Of a stretch of 64,000 nucleotides of DNA, positions 1 to 13,900 are shown one piece after another; the first letter of the stretch is position 1, and every line of letters begins with the position of its first letter. Origin of the DNA: Nageia nagi (lineage: Eukaryota; Plantae; Pinophyta); assembly GCA_050084985.1 (NCBI GenBank), contig JBITNC010000001.1, forward strand, positions 60,822,001-60,886,000, written 5' to 3'. The notes under the pieces are model-generated. The model was not told the DNA's origin and searched no databases. It saw only the letters and a list, made by a program, of their open reading frames with translations. A program made the position numbers and the translations under genes.

Positions 1-1250
1 TTATCACTTGAGCTTTGCCACTATTGTTTGACCATTTTTATTTGAGTTATAAAGCATATTACCATTCCTTGAATTATCTTCCTTTTTTGTTAATTTTAAC
101 TCTCCATTTGAACCATGAATTCTTGAAAAATTTTGGCTTATGATATTTCCTCTTAAAATATTTTGAGTTGTTATATTTGAAGAAGAATTAAACTTTTTTT
201 TATTACAACTTTTTCTAAATAGTATTACTAACTCTTCTAGAGGCAATGAGAAGTTCATATCGGTGATCAAATTTCTCTATCTAGATACATAATCAAATAT
301 TGACTCTTGATCATATTATAATAGCTTTGTTATATTCATAATAGAAAACCTTTTCTTGATATTGATGGAGAAATTATCTAAGAAGAGGTTTATCAATTAT
401 TCAAAATTATAAAGACTATATTGTGGCAATGAATTATACCAATTCATTGCTTCCCCCTTAAGAGTCATTGGGAGGGTCCTTATCATGAGTGCATCATCAT
501 TTGCAATTTGATAACAAGAACATTTGAATTATATTAAATGATATTTAAGATCCTCCTTGCTTTTGAATTTATCAATTTTGGGCATCTCAAACTTCCTTGG
601 GTACTATGTTATTGGTATAAAGGATTAATAGTTTATTACAAATTTCACCATAAATGAGCTTGGAATACCCTTGAATACTTTCTTTAGTGTCTAACTCTTG
701 TAATATTTTCATTATTTTATCTTCATTTATCATAAAGGACTAATTTTGTTATTCCATTAGCTTCCTATATTATTCGTATTGATTAGATTGATGATCATTT
801 GTTCCATGGGGTTGAGTATGGCCCATTGGTGTAGCTTGTTGACCTATATTTTTCCCTCCATAAGATTGATATTTATTGGTTGGCTACATATTATTCATTA
901 AGATTACTTGTTGAATAAATTGATAAACCCTTGATGGGAGTGTATGATATTTGTATCATTTTTTATAATGTAAATGATATTTGTATCATTTTTGACAATG
1001 CAATATAGGATGACTTTCATTGGACATAGTTTAGAAGTACTTACATTTGCATCAGTGGGTTCATCTAATATTTTTTATTTCTGATAATCCTTTGGTTTTT
1101 AATTAAAAATTAGGGAGATTATTTTCTATTTTCTTACAAATATTTTTGAATGTCTAAATTATTTTCACTCACAATTCATAGAGATGCTTGTATTTTGTTA
1201 TTTTTTCTACCTGCGGTGAGGATGTTGGTATTTTTTTATTTTTCTTATAG
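1..1250 (-). mobile_element. Decayed Ty3/gypsy gag (Tat/Ogre-like), running off the window start
   Basis: Minus-strand translation of ~600-300 gives PRKFEMPKIDKFKSKEDLKYHL..FKCSC...DDALMIRTLPMTLKGEAMNWYNSLP, a retrotransposon-gag pattern with stops and frameshifts; it continues into ORF 4..270. Confidence 0.75.
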
Positions 1251-2299
1251 TAAATAGACTCATGAATGAACTATGGAAAATGCACTATGGATTATCCTTT
1301 ATAACATATACTCATAGTATGTGTTTAAAAATAGATATATGTAAATATGAATATATGTATAAATGAAAGAATGGAATTATACTTTCAATAGAATAATTGA
1401 AGGGATTATACAAACTATAACATATCACATCTTCCTAATAGATTTAAGGTACCATTGTATGTTCATGTTTAAGTTTCTTGATAAAGGCTCCTACAAAGGG
1501 CTATAGAGTTGAATGAGGAATTCCTTTGTACTATTTAAAAGGTGTAAATCAATAATGAGGTTTATATTATCATTTATTTCTAAACATTCAAAAGGTAATA
1601 TAGTTCCATACTTGCATTTTATTTTATATCCATATAATAGTTATTCTTAATGCCTTGAAAAGGACATGATCGTAGGAGTAATGGGGTTTATATAGGCTTC
1701 TTGTTCCATTTCTATATGATTCTCCTCTACCTTTTATAAATATTAAACATGATGGTACATAAAAGAGGAATACAAGTAGACATTCAATTTCACAAGAATT
1801 ATGGCTCTAGGAAGGGGGAATTAACCATTATTATTTGTTCTTGCAAGCAAGGAGGAACCCAAAATGAAAGCATGGATATTGACATTGAATTCTTACTTAG
1901 TTTTAATTTTTTTTCATTTATATACATGACCTATAGCTCTCTTACTTGGATATTGATGAAAAATAGTCTTGATGATTGTTAATACCATTCAAACATTAAT
2001 TTTTATTTTAAAACATTAATACCATTAAAATATTGATTTTCATTTTAAAATACTTATAATGGTAGGGAATATGAATTCAACTTATTAATTGGCATTATAG
2101 GAAAGATGAATAATGCCAATATCAACATGGAAATCTTAGTTAATAAAGAATATGTTTAAATATGTTATCTACAAACAATATGGATGCATTGATTAAGAGA
2201 AAAAATATTATAAATAGAGATCAAAAAGTTGTTTAAATATATATTAAAAAATAATAGTCTTGATTGCATTGAACATAAAATACAATATTATTGACCATG

Positions 2300-3800
2300 A
2301 ATACATTCAACTTCCATGTAGGCTCATATACAATAATGTTGGTCTTGAATTGATCCATACACTAGTTAATATCTAAACTTTTTTCCCTAGGAACAAATGA
2401 CCCAAGCAATGGGAAGCCCATTAATATGTGAGTCAAATATTAACAATGTGTACAAACTAAATTTCATTTTGCCAATTTCAAAGGTTGAATCCATTTATAT
2501 CAAACTATTATGCTTGTGCTTAATCATCCACTCTAACTATTTTGGTAGTTGAATACCCAAAATAATGGTTGTCCAACTCCTCCAATCTTCCCCAGATGGT
2601 ACTCTTGGTAGTAGAAGACATTCTTTGGATTGACAACTTGCCAAATTTAGACACTTTGAGCATCACTGTAATGGAACTTGAGCTCTTTATGATTTATCTT
2701 TTTTTTTTTTAACATTGATAATATGATTTTTATTGAGGAAATCATCATTATTTGTTTAACCTTTAAATAATTTGATTTTCTTGTGAACCATGTCTTTATA
2801 TTTTTTATGAATGACATACACAAGTATATCAATAATAGTAAATTTTGAACCCAATAAAACAAATCCTTACTCAAATTTGGAGCATGATATGCTCTTGTGC
2901 CTTTAAAATCACTAGCCCCTTGTCCACACCCAAAAAAAATGGTTGGTCAACTCCTTCAATCTCCCCACATGGTACTCTTGGTAGTAGAAGGTATTTCTAG
3001 ATTAACAACTTGCCAAATTTAGACACTTTAAGCATCACTATCATGGAACTTGAAATCTTTCTGATTTTTCTTTTCTTTTTAACATTTATAGTATCATTTT
3101 TATTGAGAAGTGCATTCTTATCTATTTGATCTTTAAATATTGTGATTTTCTTATGAACCATATCTTTCTATTTTTTATGAATGACATGGATAGGTATGCC
3201 TAATAATATTAAATGTTGAACCCAATTAAGAAAACTCTTACTCAAATTCAGAGCTTAGTATGCTCTCGTACCTTTGAAATCACTAGTCCCTTGCCCATGA
3301 AAAATATTTCCATATTTATTTTTATGTTAAATTTCAAGGTATGTTACCAATGCTAGCTGACGTTTATGTGCAAGGATTTTAACACTAAAGTAGAATTAGC
3401 ATCCTCATCATAAGTGATTGTGACCATGTATAATATTTGACCCTTTCTTCACCCTCTTATCTTCCTTGTAATGTTCCTTAGTATCATTGATTTTTTTGAA
3501 ATCCTTATATCCATATGCACACCAATATATGTAATATTTACAAATTTTTAAGATTTACAACTAAATAAGAACTATTTTATATTTCATAATAAAAATAAAT
3601 TTAAGATGTATAATTGAATAAACTTACACAACATATTCAAGTATCATGTGGACACCCTAATGTGCACCCCTTCAATGGGAATTGGTGTTGAGAAAGAGTT
3701 CACAAAAATATTTTGGATTTGATGAACATTCACCATCAATGAAATAAAAAACTCTATCCAATGTGGTTCAAGTAACTCCGATTTCACACCATTTCCCATT
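2300..3800 (-). pseudogene. Decayed Mutator-like (MULE/SWIM-family) transposase
   Basis: Ordered minus-strand motifs: FIDGE...YLEYV (~3740-3630), WCAYGYKDF (~3520), RGC*FYFSVK..ALVTY..H..K.G..FHG (~3400-3295), FYYQEY, LGIQ, and MDSTFEIGKMKFSLYTLLIFDSHINGLPIAWVI (~2495-2395). This order matches plant SWIM/MULE transposase-derived proteins. Many stops. Confidence 0.7.
2555..3297. repeat. Tandem duplication of a ~374-bp segment inside the MULE coding relic
   Basis: atggttgtccaactcc...cactagccccttg (from 2565) recurs as atggttggtcaactcc...cactagtcccttg (from 2939). Confidence 0.9.
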
Positions 3801-4684
3801 AAATATTTTCATGAAAAAAGATTCCATCAAGAGGTCTATTCAATGGAATAGAGTTAATCATGCCCCACTTTTGTATCATGCTTACTTGTTGTATAATATA
3901 AATCCAAAATTGTATCATCTTACAACATAATAACAAATCCATCAAAATAACTTCCAAGTTAGTGGTTTTTTCCATGTTGCAAACAACATGTAGTATGGAT
4001 TAGAGAGATTATGCAATAGGATGGCAATGTGTATGGCATACTTCACTTCATTGAATTTGTTAATAAAATTATATTGTTAATTCAAATCTAACTCAACTTG
4101 TACATGTTCAAAACAAGATTTTTAGTTTTGGTGATAAAATATAGAGGTACTTATAGTGTTATTGAATGTCCCTTATATTATTATGATTACATACACAACT
4201 TATATGCTAAAAATTGAGTTACTAAATATGTCGTTTTTGTTGGATCCTAAATATGCTTTGTCTTATGTTCTTTATTCAAATATTTATGTTGAAGTGGGTA
4301 GATAGGATTTTTTTAATAAATGATTTATTTTAGTAAAGTCTATGATATCCATGATCTTGTATTTTTCCCCCACATAGTAAGGAATAATCCTTACTTTTGT
4401 GTGGATCAAAAGGGAAGGGAAGTTATCTCCCCTAAATAATCAATTTGATGCTTGTGAAATCCCTAAGGAATGATTTGTGATATTAAAGGATTTTATCATG
4501 GCAACAAAAGTAGGTAGTTGTAGTAGCAATAAATAAAGACCCATGAAAGTTAATCATAACCTCTACATGATTGTAGATGACCTCAACAAGCTCATAGAAA
4601 AACCTTGAGTGGCTCTAATTAGAAAATGAATTTGAAGCCATTTTCTTCTCATTTTTTCTAATTTCTTTAATATAAATTTAATTG

Positions 4685-5415
4685 ACAAATCCTATAGGTT
4701 TATCACCACTTAGATATGAAAAACCCTAGAGGTTTATCAACCAATTTATTTCGAGTTTGAAAAACTCTAAGGGTTTATCATCACTTAGATGAAAAACCCT
4801 ATGAGTCTATCAACCAATTTATTTCAAGTTGACACATTCTAAGTTTTTATCATCACTTTAGATGACAAACCCTATGGCTTTATCAAATGACATTTTGCTT
4901 TGACAAATTTCCTATGGGTTTATCACTTTGATAAACCATACAAATTTATTTATCGATATTACAAGTTTTATTATTGATAGAAATCCTACATGTTTATTTT
5001 GGACAATAATCCTATGGGTTTATCACCCATTCATACCTACAAGTTTCCTATGAGTTTTATGGAGTAAAAAAACCTACAAGTTTATCACCCATTCATGTTG
5101 ATATAAATTGTATGGGTTCATCCTTAATTTGATCAACCATTAAATGTGTTTATCAACCAACATTTCATGCTAATCAATGAAAAACCATTAAGATTTATCA
5201 ACCAACCATAAACCCTATGGGTTTATCAATACATTGGCAAACCATACAAGTTTATTAGAATGTTAACCAAATTCATGTTGATAAATCCTAGGGGTTTATA
5301 TTCATACATGACCATACACATGCATGCACATGCCTAGTTTGATGATTGTTACCAAAAATTGACCCCCACCATCTTCAAATAGATATGCACATCATAAACC
5401 CTATGGGTTTATCAT
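4685..5415. repeat. Irregular array of (aaa)ccctatgggtttatca-like motifs, possibly subterminal repeats of a DNA transposon
   Basis: More than a dozen variant copies of cctatgggtttatca with variable spacing, upstream (minus-strand sense) of the MULE relic. Confidence 0.75.
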
Positions 5416-7019
5416 TAAGGTCAAATAGTCAATTACAACATTAGGGAAATATATATATTTCTAATTATGATCCCTTGTTTATAGTCGTACATTTGATGTG
5501 TTCATGTATATTATTCTAAATACATCCATTTTTCTATTTGAATGGTGTATAGGTGTCATAAGACTTCAAGTGGGTGTATGTCTATTCTTTTGAGACCATT
5601 TGTTCCTATATGGATTGGTTTTATTATTGATTGAGTAAAATGATAATTAAATGGATGAGATTAATTATTATTATTTTTGGTATATAATAAAAAGACTCCT
5701 CTTGTTACATTGTTTTATATATATAATTACAAGCAATGAATATTGAATAATTGTGAAGGAGAAGAGAGAGAGAGAGAGAGTTTGTGATGTTTTTATCAAA
5801 TGATATTACTATGACAATGGTTTTGATAAGTAGATAGAAGAAATCCAAAATAAGTTGAGAAATATTTTTAAAGGATATGCATAACTTAGTGGAAACCTTT
5901 ACAAGGTTCTAGATGTTTATCTTGATAGGAATGTATGAGAGGGCTTAGGAAAATCTACATACGAAGATGAACCATTGATAATTTTTATAATATTATTTAT
6001 CATCTCTTAAGAGCTTTTAAATGTTATCAATGGATATTTTAAATGTGTAAATGTCATGCTAGCTAGGCGAAATGACTAGTTAAGATAGGCTACTTGTTGG
6101 AAAATCATTAGATGATCTATCATAGAGGAGATGATATCCTCAAATTGTAAGAGGGATTATTGGTGTTGATCCCTAAACTTGAAAGAGTTTAAACATAGAG
6201 TATGCCTAGAAATTGAAGTGTCAAACTTGGAAAAAGGGATAATTGGTGGAAAGATATTGATATAAGATAGTAAATAGAAGTATTGGTAATGAAGTAACAT
6301 ATTCATTATTGATACACTCATGAATCAATGCTAAGGTAGTGGAATTAGTCTTGATGAACACCAAGCATAGTTAGAGTCATCGATCATCAAGGCACACACT
6401 AATGTCAACATCGAGTAATGTTAAGGCATGGGGCCTAGTATGAGATGTTAGATAAGGGAATAACATAATTGAGAATTGAACCCTAGTATAAGTGCTTGGA
6501 CCTAGTTGTTCCATGTCATAGGTTTAATGGTTAATAGGAAACAAGTGTCTTACAAAGGAAATGTTGGAAGGAAACCTCACACTGGGAAGGTTGGAAACCT
6601 TATAACCCCTTAAATGGTTATCTATAATGACATGGAACCAATGGGATTGCCTTAATGTTATAATGTGTTATTGGTTCTCAAAATTTCTATGTTTAAATCT
6701 TGTATGATAAAAATAATTTAGGTATTAAAAAGTGGGATGTGATACTTAATAATAATTTCTTAAGTGTTATCTACCATGCTTATTATATTATTTAATCTTA
6801 GGCTTTATATTGGTTCCCTATTTCTTTTTGAAGTTGAATCTGGTATTATTTGTAATAATATCATTAGTAATACTATGTTTTAGTTAACCATATTATATTA
6901 AAGCCTTTTCCTATATAAATCTTCAATGTGTAATTCATCATGTATAAATGCCCAAGTGTAACTTTTTTGATAATATATACTTAACATGGCTCACAAAAAG
7001 GGTGTAATATGAGATATAT

Positions 7020-7785
7020 GAATCTATAATTTCAACATATATGTATCCTACTATAGGGTGTTATATGGGATCACTATGGGATATAGGGTTAAAATGAAGT
7101 TGTGGACAATATATAAGGTTAGATAGGTGGTAGTGAATAAATTTAGAGAAATAAGATTTAAGGTTGAAAAGAAAAAGTTGTAAGGCATGTGTAAGGCATA
7201 AGATAGGTTATGATAAATAGAAAGTAAGTCCCAAAATACTAAAAAATATCACTCTAAGTGTCATTAGGGTAAAGAATGTTACTAAAATCATACTGTAATT
7301 TGGATAAAACCCAAAAGAATTTGAATTAAATTATAGTATAGTTTAGAGAAAAACCTAGAATTCTTTGATCATGTATCATTTTTGGTATTTCAAATTGTTG
7401 AATGCTTATATGCAAGAGAATTAAATATTCCTATGGTCTATTTTAGTATTTTTTTAAATTACAAAAGTGCCATGATTTTACAAATGAAGAGGATCAGGTA
7501 CTATTTGTTGAACATATGGTGGTAGTGAGGGTGAGCCTTTCAAGTAAGAAAGAGATGGTGACCCAATAAAGGTAGAGTTGTCTAGTAATCTTGTATCCCA
7601 AAATAATGAAATGATACTGAACTATTGATCAAAAGAAACTTGTAAAATATTTTGGATGTTATACAAGATCTTCAAAGCATATTAAGGTTTATATTTGATC
7701 ATCTCATGTTGAAATGTTAAGGGTAGAATTACAATTTCACATTCATAATTCTTTGTTTCCTTATCTATAATCATTCTTACAACAA
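7020..7785 (+). repeat. Dispersed repeat, copy A (homologous to 55430-56257)
   Basis: Shared colinear blocks such as gggtgttatatg, ggttgaaaa, taagtcccaaaa, ttaaattatagtatagtttagagaaaa, tagtaatcttgtat and cattcataatt. Confidence 0.8.
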
Positions 7786-10117
7786 TTTAATCTATTTATT
7801 TAAAAAACTATTGTCTCTTAAAAAACTATTAAATAATAATATTAGTAGAAGTCTTCAAATATGTATATCAACAAAATATAAAAAAGACACTATGGCTAAA
7901 ATTGATAAATAAAAATGGCAAAATGAATGGCTCCAAGTAATCTACACATAAAAGTCCTTTCATCTAGCATTCTCTTTTGCATAGTACATTGAAATTGTGA
8001 CATGTTATGCTTATTGTTCTTCTACTGCAATTACTTATTTATGAAACAATATTTTCAAAATAAGAATCTTTGTGTAAGTGAAGTGCCACCAAACATTCAA
8101 ATGGGTAAAGAAGGCATGCTGCCAAATCTGTCAAGTGAAGTGTTACCCAATAATGGATTTTGCTCTATCAAGGTCGACATCAACAAACCAACAAAATTTG
8201 TCAACCTTTAAAAATAAATTTGCATGCTATATTGAAGAAGAAATTTAGAGATACCTCTGACAAACATAAAGGACGATGTGGCAAATGACAAACATGAACA
8301 ATGCCAAGCCATCTTTATCAAGGCTGAATCATTTCATAGAGAAAGCAGGAAAGATGTCTATCTTGGAAAAGTTATTTAGAGCATGAAAGATGTCACATCG
8401 ATGGACATGGAAAATATCAGTCTAGAAAATTATACTAGATGTGAGATAGCTAATTTTTTTAAAATAATATATTAAAAATATAATTTTAAAATAAATGATA
8501 AATATTATAATTTATGTATAGTAATTCAGAAGTAATATATATATATTTTATCAACCCACTAAAACTATGAGAATAACAATAGATTTTGAACTTGCATTTT
8601 TTTAAAATAGATACAATAATTTGTGGTTTGTTTAGATGATAAAGATAATAATAAGTTAGTATTAATAATCTTTTCATGTTATTTCTATATTTAATAAACA
8701 AATTATTGGTATTATTATTTATTATTCTCAAATACTTATTTATTATTATTCATCTTTCATTTAGAATTTTATAAAGTATTTATCACATTTAAAGCATGTT
8801 ATTCTAATTAATTAGGCTTGTTAATTTCATTTATTTATTTATTTTATATATATAAAAAATTATATTTAATTTATAAAATAAGAATATTTACTACAAAAGG
8901 GGTGGTGGTAAAGGAACACTTTTAAAAGGAAGTATACTAACTAATAAATGTTAGGAAATAAAAAATTACAATCATGAGTTATCAAATCCATCAAGGACCA
9001 TAATAACAAATCTTAATCATCAAAATCATTATGGGAAGTAGGTGTGATGATTATCTTCTCTATCTATATTAGGAATCAAGATGACCCATCTTGAAGCATC
9101 TTCTCTAACCTTTAGATATGCAACATTTCCCAAACCATTAATAGGAGTTGGTTGTGTAGTCACAACACCCAGTTTATCACCCTAACCAAGTATGGGCTAT
9201 AAAGGGCTATGATAAGATTCCCACCTACCTATTGGCTAAGTGTTCAAAGATCTCTCCATACCCCAATGCTAACCAAAGGAATCTAAGTGACACTTGTAAG
9301 GACTAAAAGTTTGAGCACAAACACACAACAAGGGTCATCGATGTGGGTGAGATTGAGAATGATCATGAGATAATGTATCAAGAAGCACCTTTCTAATTGC
9401 ACATGGGACATTACCCATTAATCTAATAAGCCTTGAAGATGATCAAGCTCCATAGTATCTTTTCTTGCTTAGACATTAATATAACTAAATATCATAAAAT
9501 TCTACAATCTTGTTAGAAAAACTAAAATAAGAGGGGACTTTTTAATACTAAAAAATAGACTTGTTGCAAAATTTCCAAATATGGAACAAAAGGTTGATTC
9601 TAAAAATCTACCACACTTCTTAAAATGGAAAAGAGAAAGTAGGGTAATTCCCCAAAAGAGCATGCTAGTATAAAAAAGGCTAATCCATAAAGGTTGGGGT
9701 GATTATACAACCATAAGAAATGAAAGAAAGACTCAAGTTCATTATAGAGGAATCACCTAGGATTAACAACACTAAGGTGGACTAAATGATTACCAACCAA
9801 GAGACTTTGGTGATATAAGGTAAGACTTCCATACTGCTTGAAGTCTAGTTGGCCATCTATAATTCAGTGATATAAGGTTCTATTTTTCATTAATATTAGA
9901 ATCCATGGGTAAATGGTGTGAAATACATGAGTAACCTTTTCATCCCTTATAATACAAAAAAGGGGTGTCCACAACCCCAATTTGACCACCAAGGCTTCAA
10001 AGAGAGAACACTCAACTTATGTCATGATGACTAAGGGGGATGAGGAATAACAATATCATAAGTACCCCATTCCAAATAGTTTAACTTATACTTACTCTAA
10101 AATTCCTCCAAAGAATT

Positions 10118-10920
10118 TGTTGACACCTAATTTGGTACCCTTTTTAGGCCAAACTACTTATCGTATGACCCTCTCTATATTATGATCAATATGAAGTTAT
10201 GTTATATTTCAATGATCAATTATGATCTACCTAAGCTACTTCTCATATATGATTCTCTTATTTTGTAGGGAAGGACAACCAATGTTAGTGATACCATGCA
10301 AAGGTACATTTAGGTAATATCTTAAACCTATAAATATATGATTATATAAATGGAAATACTACCAATATTTTACCTCAATAGGACTATGCATATCTCTCAC
10401 AAATTTACTAATGTTTCTCAACAACAACTATCAAGATTTGAATTTATTATATTCAAGAGCTATTTACCACTCCTTTGTGATACACATTAAGGCTTGGTTC
10501 ATTGGTCACTAAATCTAAAATTGATTCACTCAAGCTCTATAGGATTACGAGTGTCAACTCTAGGTAGCATTGCTTCTCTACACCAATGCTATGGACATAA
10601 ACACTTCAAAAGTTCATATCTACATTCCTAGTTTTCTAAACATATTGAATCAATTTGAATAACTACTCAATGATCACCTAGGTAAAAGCATAGGTATTTA
10701 TCATTCCTCTCTCAAAATTTTGTCAAGTTATTCAATTCAATCCTTATATATAAATCTCATCATTTATTTATTCAAGTTATTTTCATTAGTTACTTTTCTC
10801 ATTAATTAAAGTATATTATATATATATATATATATATAATATATATATATATATATTTGCATCATATTTTACCATAATTAGGGTTGCATTTTATGATTAT
10901 CTACATTTTGGTGAACTCAA
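10118..10920 (+). mobile_element. Candidate gypsy (Tat/Ogre-type) LTR with degenerate PBS
   Basis: Begins TGTTGACACC (10118) and ends TATCTACA (10905), followed by ttttggtgaactc, which resembles a decayed TGGCGACTC PBS. No partner LTR was found. Confidence 0.4.
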
Positions 10921-10961
10921 CTCTTTTTCTTTTACAAATCTTCAAGTTAGAGTTTGATAAA

Positions 10962-13900
10962 TGTCATGACCCTTTTTTAGAGAAATAGGGTCATGTAAAT
11001 ACTTTTATTTGAATATTATTATATTATGTGTGGAGTGTCCTAGCTTAAGGGATTAATGTGGTGTGAGAGAATAATGGAATGGAATAATAATAATAATAAT
11101 TATTTTTAAATGCATGATGTGTGCACATTTTAATAACTTAAGTTGTTGGGCCATATCAACAAATAATTAGAGCATAAATCTTATATGTATATATATATAT
11201 GTGAGCCCATAATATTATTATATTTTGATGATTTATGATAATGGAGCAAGGGAAAAAATCCTACTCACCTTATTTAGCTTTGAGAGGTGCTCAAGTTTGT
11301 AGAAGCTTATGATTTAGTAGTTTGGGATATGCCCAACTATGGGATCAAGGAGAAAACCTATCTAAGGTTTTCCTATGTTCTTTTAGGGGCTTTCAATATT
11401 GTCAAATCTATGTCTCTTCTAGAAAGAATATGATTCTATCTAAGGTTTTGATAATATAATAGAAGTTTAGAAGAAATTATTCAAAGTAGCAACATTGCAT
11501 GGTATATGTGTATGGATTTCTAGTGTTTAATATTGCATTTTTGTGGAGTATTCAATATTTAGGGATTTCACATCAACATCATCTAGTATAAGGATAAATT
11601 GTATGTTAGAGGATTTAATCAAAGATTGGAAGGTTTAGAGCTACAATATCATTATTTTAGTTTGTGAAGCTTTGTATTTAATTTTTGAAGGTTGTATGTT
11701 TCATATTTTTAACTTTAAGGGTTCAATATTGGTCCAAAGGGGTTCATGTCACTAGTTGTTTTCCATAATCTCATTAAGATCTTTCCAACAGTGTATCATT
11801 GGCATCAATTAAAACTTATAACAAATATTATGGTATTTATAAGGTTTCCCTACTATAATTCTATATCATCATCAACATCAGATTTGGATGTCTAACCTTG
11901 GAGGGCATTTCTTATGTATGTTTCTAGTCTAGATTGTTAGATTAATATCAGATCTTTGTATTAAGATATTATTTATAGAATTAATAATATTTGTGTGGAA
12001 GATCAAGTTAATTTATGGTGTTTGGAATAAATTTTCTAGATATTTTTTGAATACATTCTTAAATTAGATTTTTTATTATTTATATATAATTTTATTTGTA
12101 GAATTATTAATATTCCTAAAAAAGTAATATTACAAAGGTATCAGAGCCAAGTTTTTCCAAACTATGGATTGATTGAGTAATTTTTAAGAATTGGATGTTA
12201 TGGTGAAGATTCAATTATAAAATATGGGAAATTTAGAATTAATACCTTATTTCAAAATATCAGAGAAGGTATGCAACATTCAAACAATAAGTTTCTTTTG
12301 AGAGTTATTTAAATATTTTAAGAAAAAAGGTTTAACAAAAAAAAAATACAAAAATTTAGTCCTAGGCTTACACTATCATCACTTTATTCTCTAGCATTGA
12401 TTCTAGAAAAATACAATGAGAAGCAACCTAGGGATAAAGAAAAATGCAACTTGGATTCTGAAAATTATGTTATGATTATAAGAAATCAAGATGAAATTTT
12501 AGCTTCTAAGTGGGCAAGTTTTTAATGGGAAAACTAAACACACATAGGTCATCCATTGAAGAGACATAAGAAAATAATAAAGAGAAATCAAATCTTAAAG
12601 TCAAAGTCTCATCAACTCCAAATTTAGATGAAAAATCTTATCTCAAGAGGTATTCAAAAATGAATTTGGCACAATGCATGTGTATTCATCCTTGAAAAAT
12701 AGTAAAGGTTTAGATGAATCATGTTTATATCCTAACAATATTTCTTTAATGAATAATGATGGTATTTTAATAGAGCTTGTGGGAATAAAGGGGCTAGAAA
12801 TCCTATATTTGATGAAGACATTGATGTTATGGAGGATGAATTAGAAGTGAAAGGCATCAAAATCATGTTGGAAAGAGATTTTTCCATTAATGATATGATG
12901 AATAAGTATTGGGATATGAACAATGGACTAAAATTATTCATTAAAATGAGGGACTTATAGATCAAGAAAAACTTTTATGGAAAATTATAAAGTTGTGCCT
13001 ACTATGGAAGAAGAAACCTTCAAAGCAAAAATAATTGAGGATAAATTATATTTGCAAGCAAATCATAAAAGGTATGTTAATTCTAATTTTTATCATACTA
13101 GTCCATTAATTTGGCATAGCTCTAGCATCCATGAGGAAAAGAGTATCCAAACTTTGCCTAATTTGGATAACTTTTATTTTGAATTCAAACCAAACATATT
13201 GTAAGAGGTATTCATGATAAATTTGCAATGAATGATGTGGAGGGTGATGTCTCAATATTTGAATGTGATAAATTTCCCTTAAACTATGATGATTCTTGTT
13301 GTGTTATTGATGATCCTTTGTTTGGAAATAATACCAATTCATCCTTACATAATCCACTCCTTGAATTAGAAAGACCACTTGATTTTTTATGATATTGTTG
13401 AGTTAGATGGGTTTGAGCCTAGTGCACCACCATGGAAGGATCAAACCATAATGTTATTTGTTGTTGAGTTTTAGATGGTATTTTTATCCATAATATGATA
13501 CCAATATGAAGGTAATTTTCACACTACATCTTCTTTTGACTTGAGTACCAAAAAGCCTCAAGTAGAATTATTTCACTCAATAAGGAAAGAGACTATTTTG
13601 TACACATCATATTATCTTATTGATATTTAATAAATATCCTTGGTTGTTGAGTTATTTGCATATGAGAATGTTGTCAATCTAATGAGTTGTTCAAGTATGA
13701 AAAAGGAAGTTGTCTTTGGTGTAAGGTTGGTATTTCTTGTGGTAGTTGCATCGATGAGAATGGAAGGAACTATTACACATTTGTTCTTCATGGTAAAAAA
13801 GATCTCTTGCATTATTAACTTGTTGACATTGAGAGGTATGGATCATATTTAGTCTAGTATTGTGAATTTGGAAAGAATACTTTTAGTTTTGAATGAATTT

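Noticed and set aside
8880-10080. Possible LINE ORF1 remnant on the minus strand
   Set aside because: Only vague resemblance; no convincing motif could be reconstructed.
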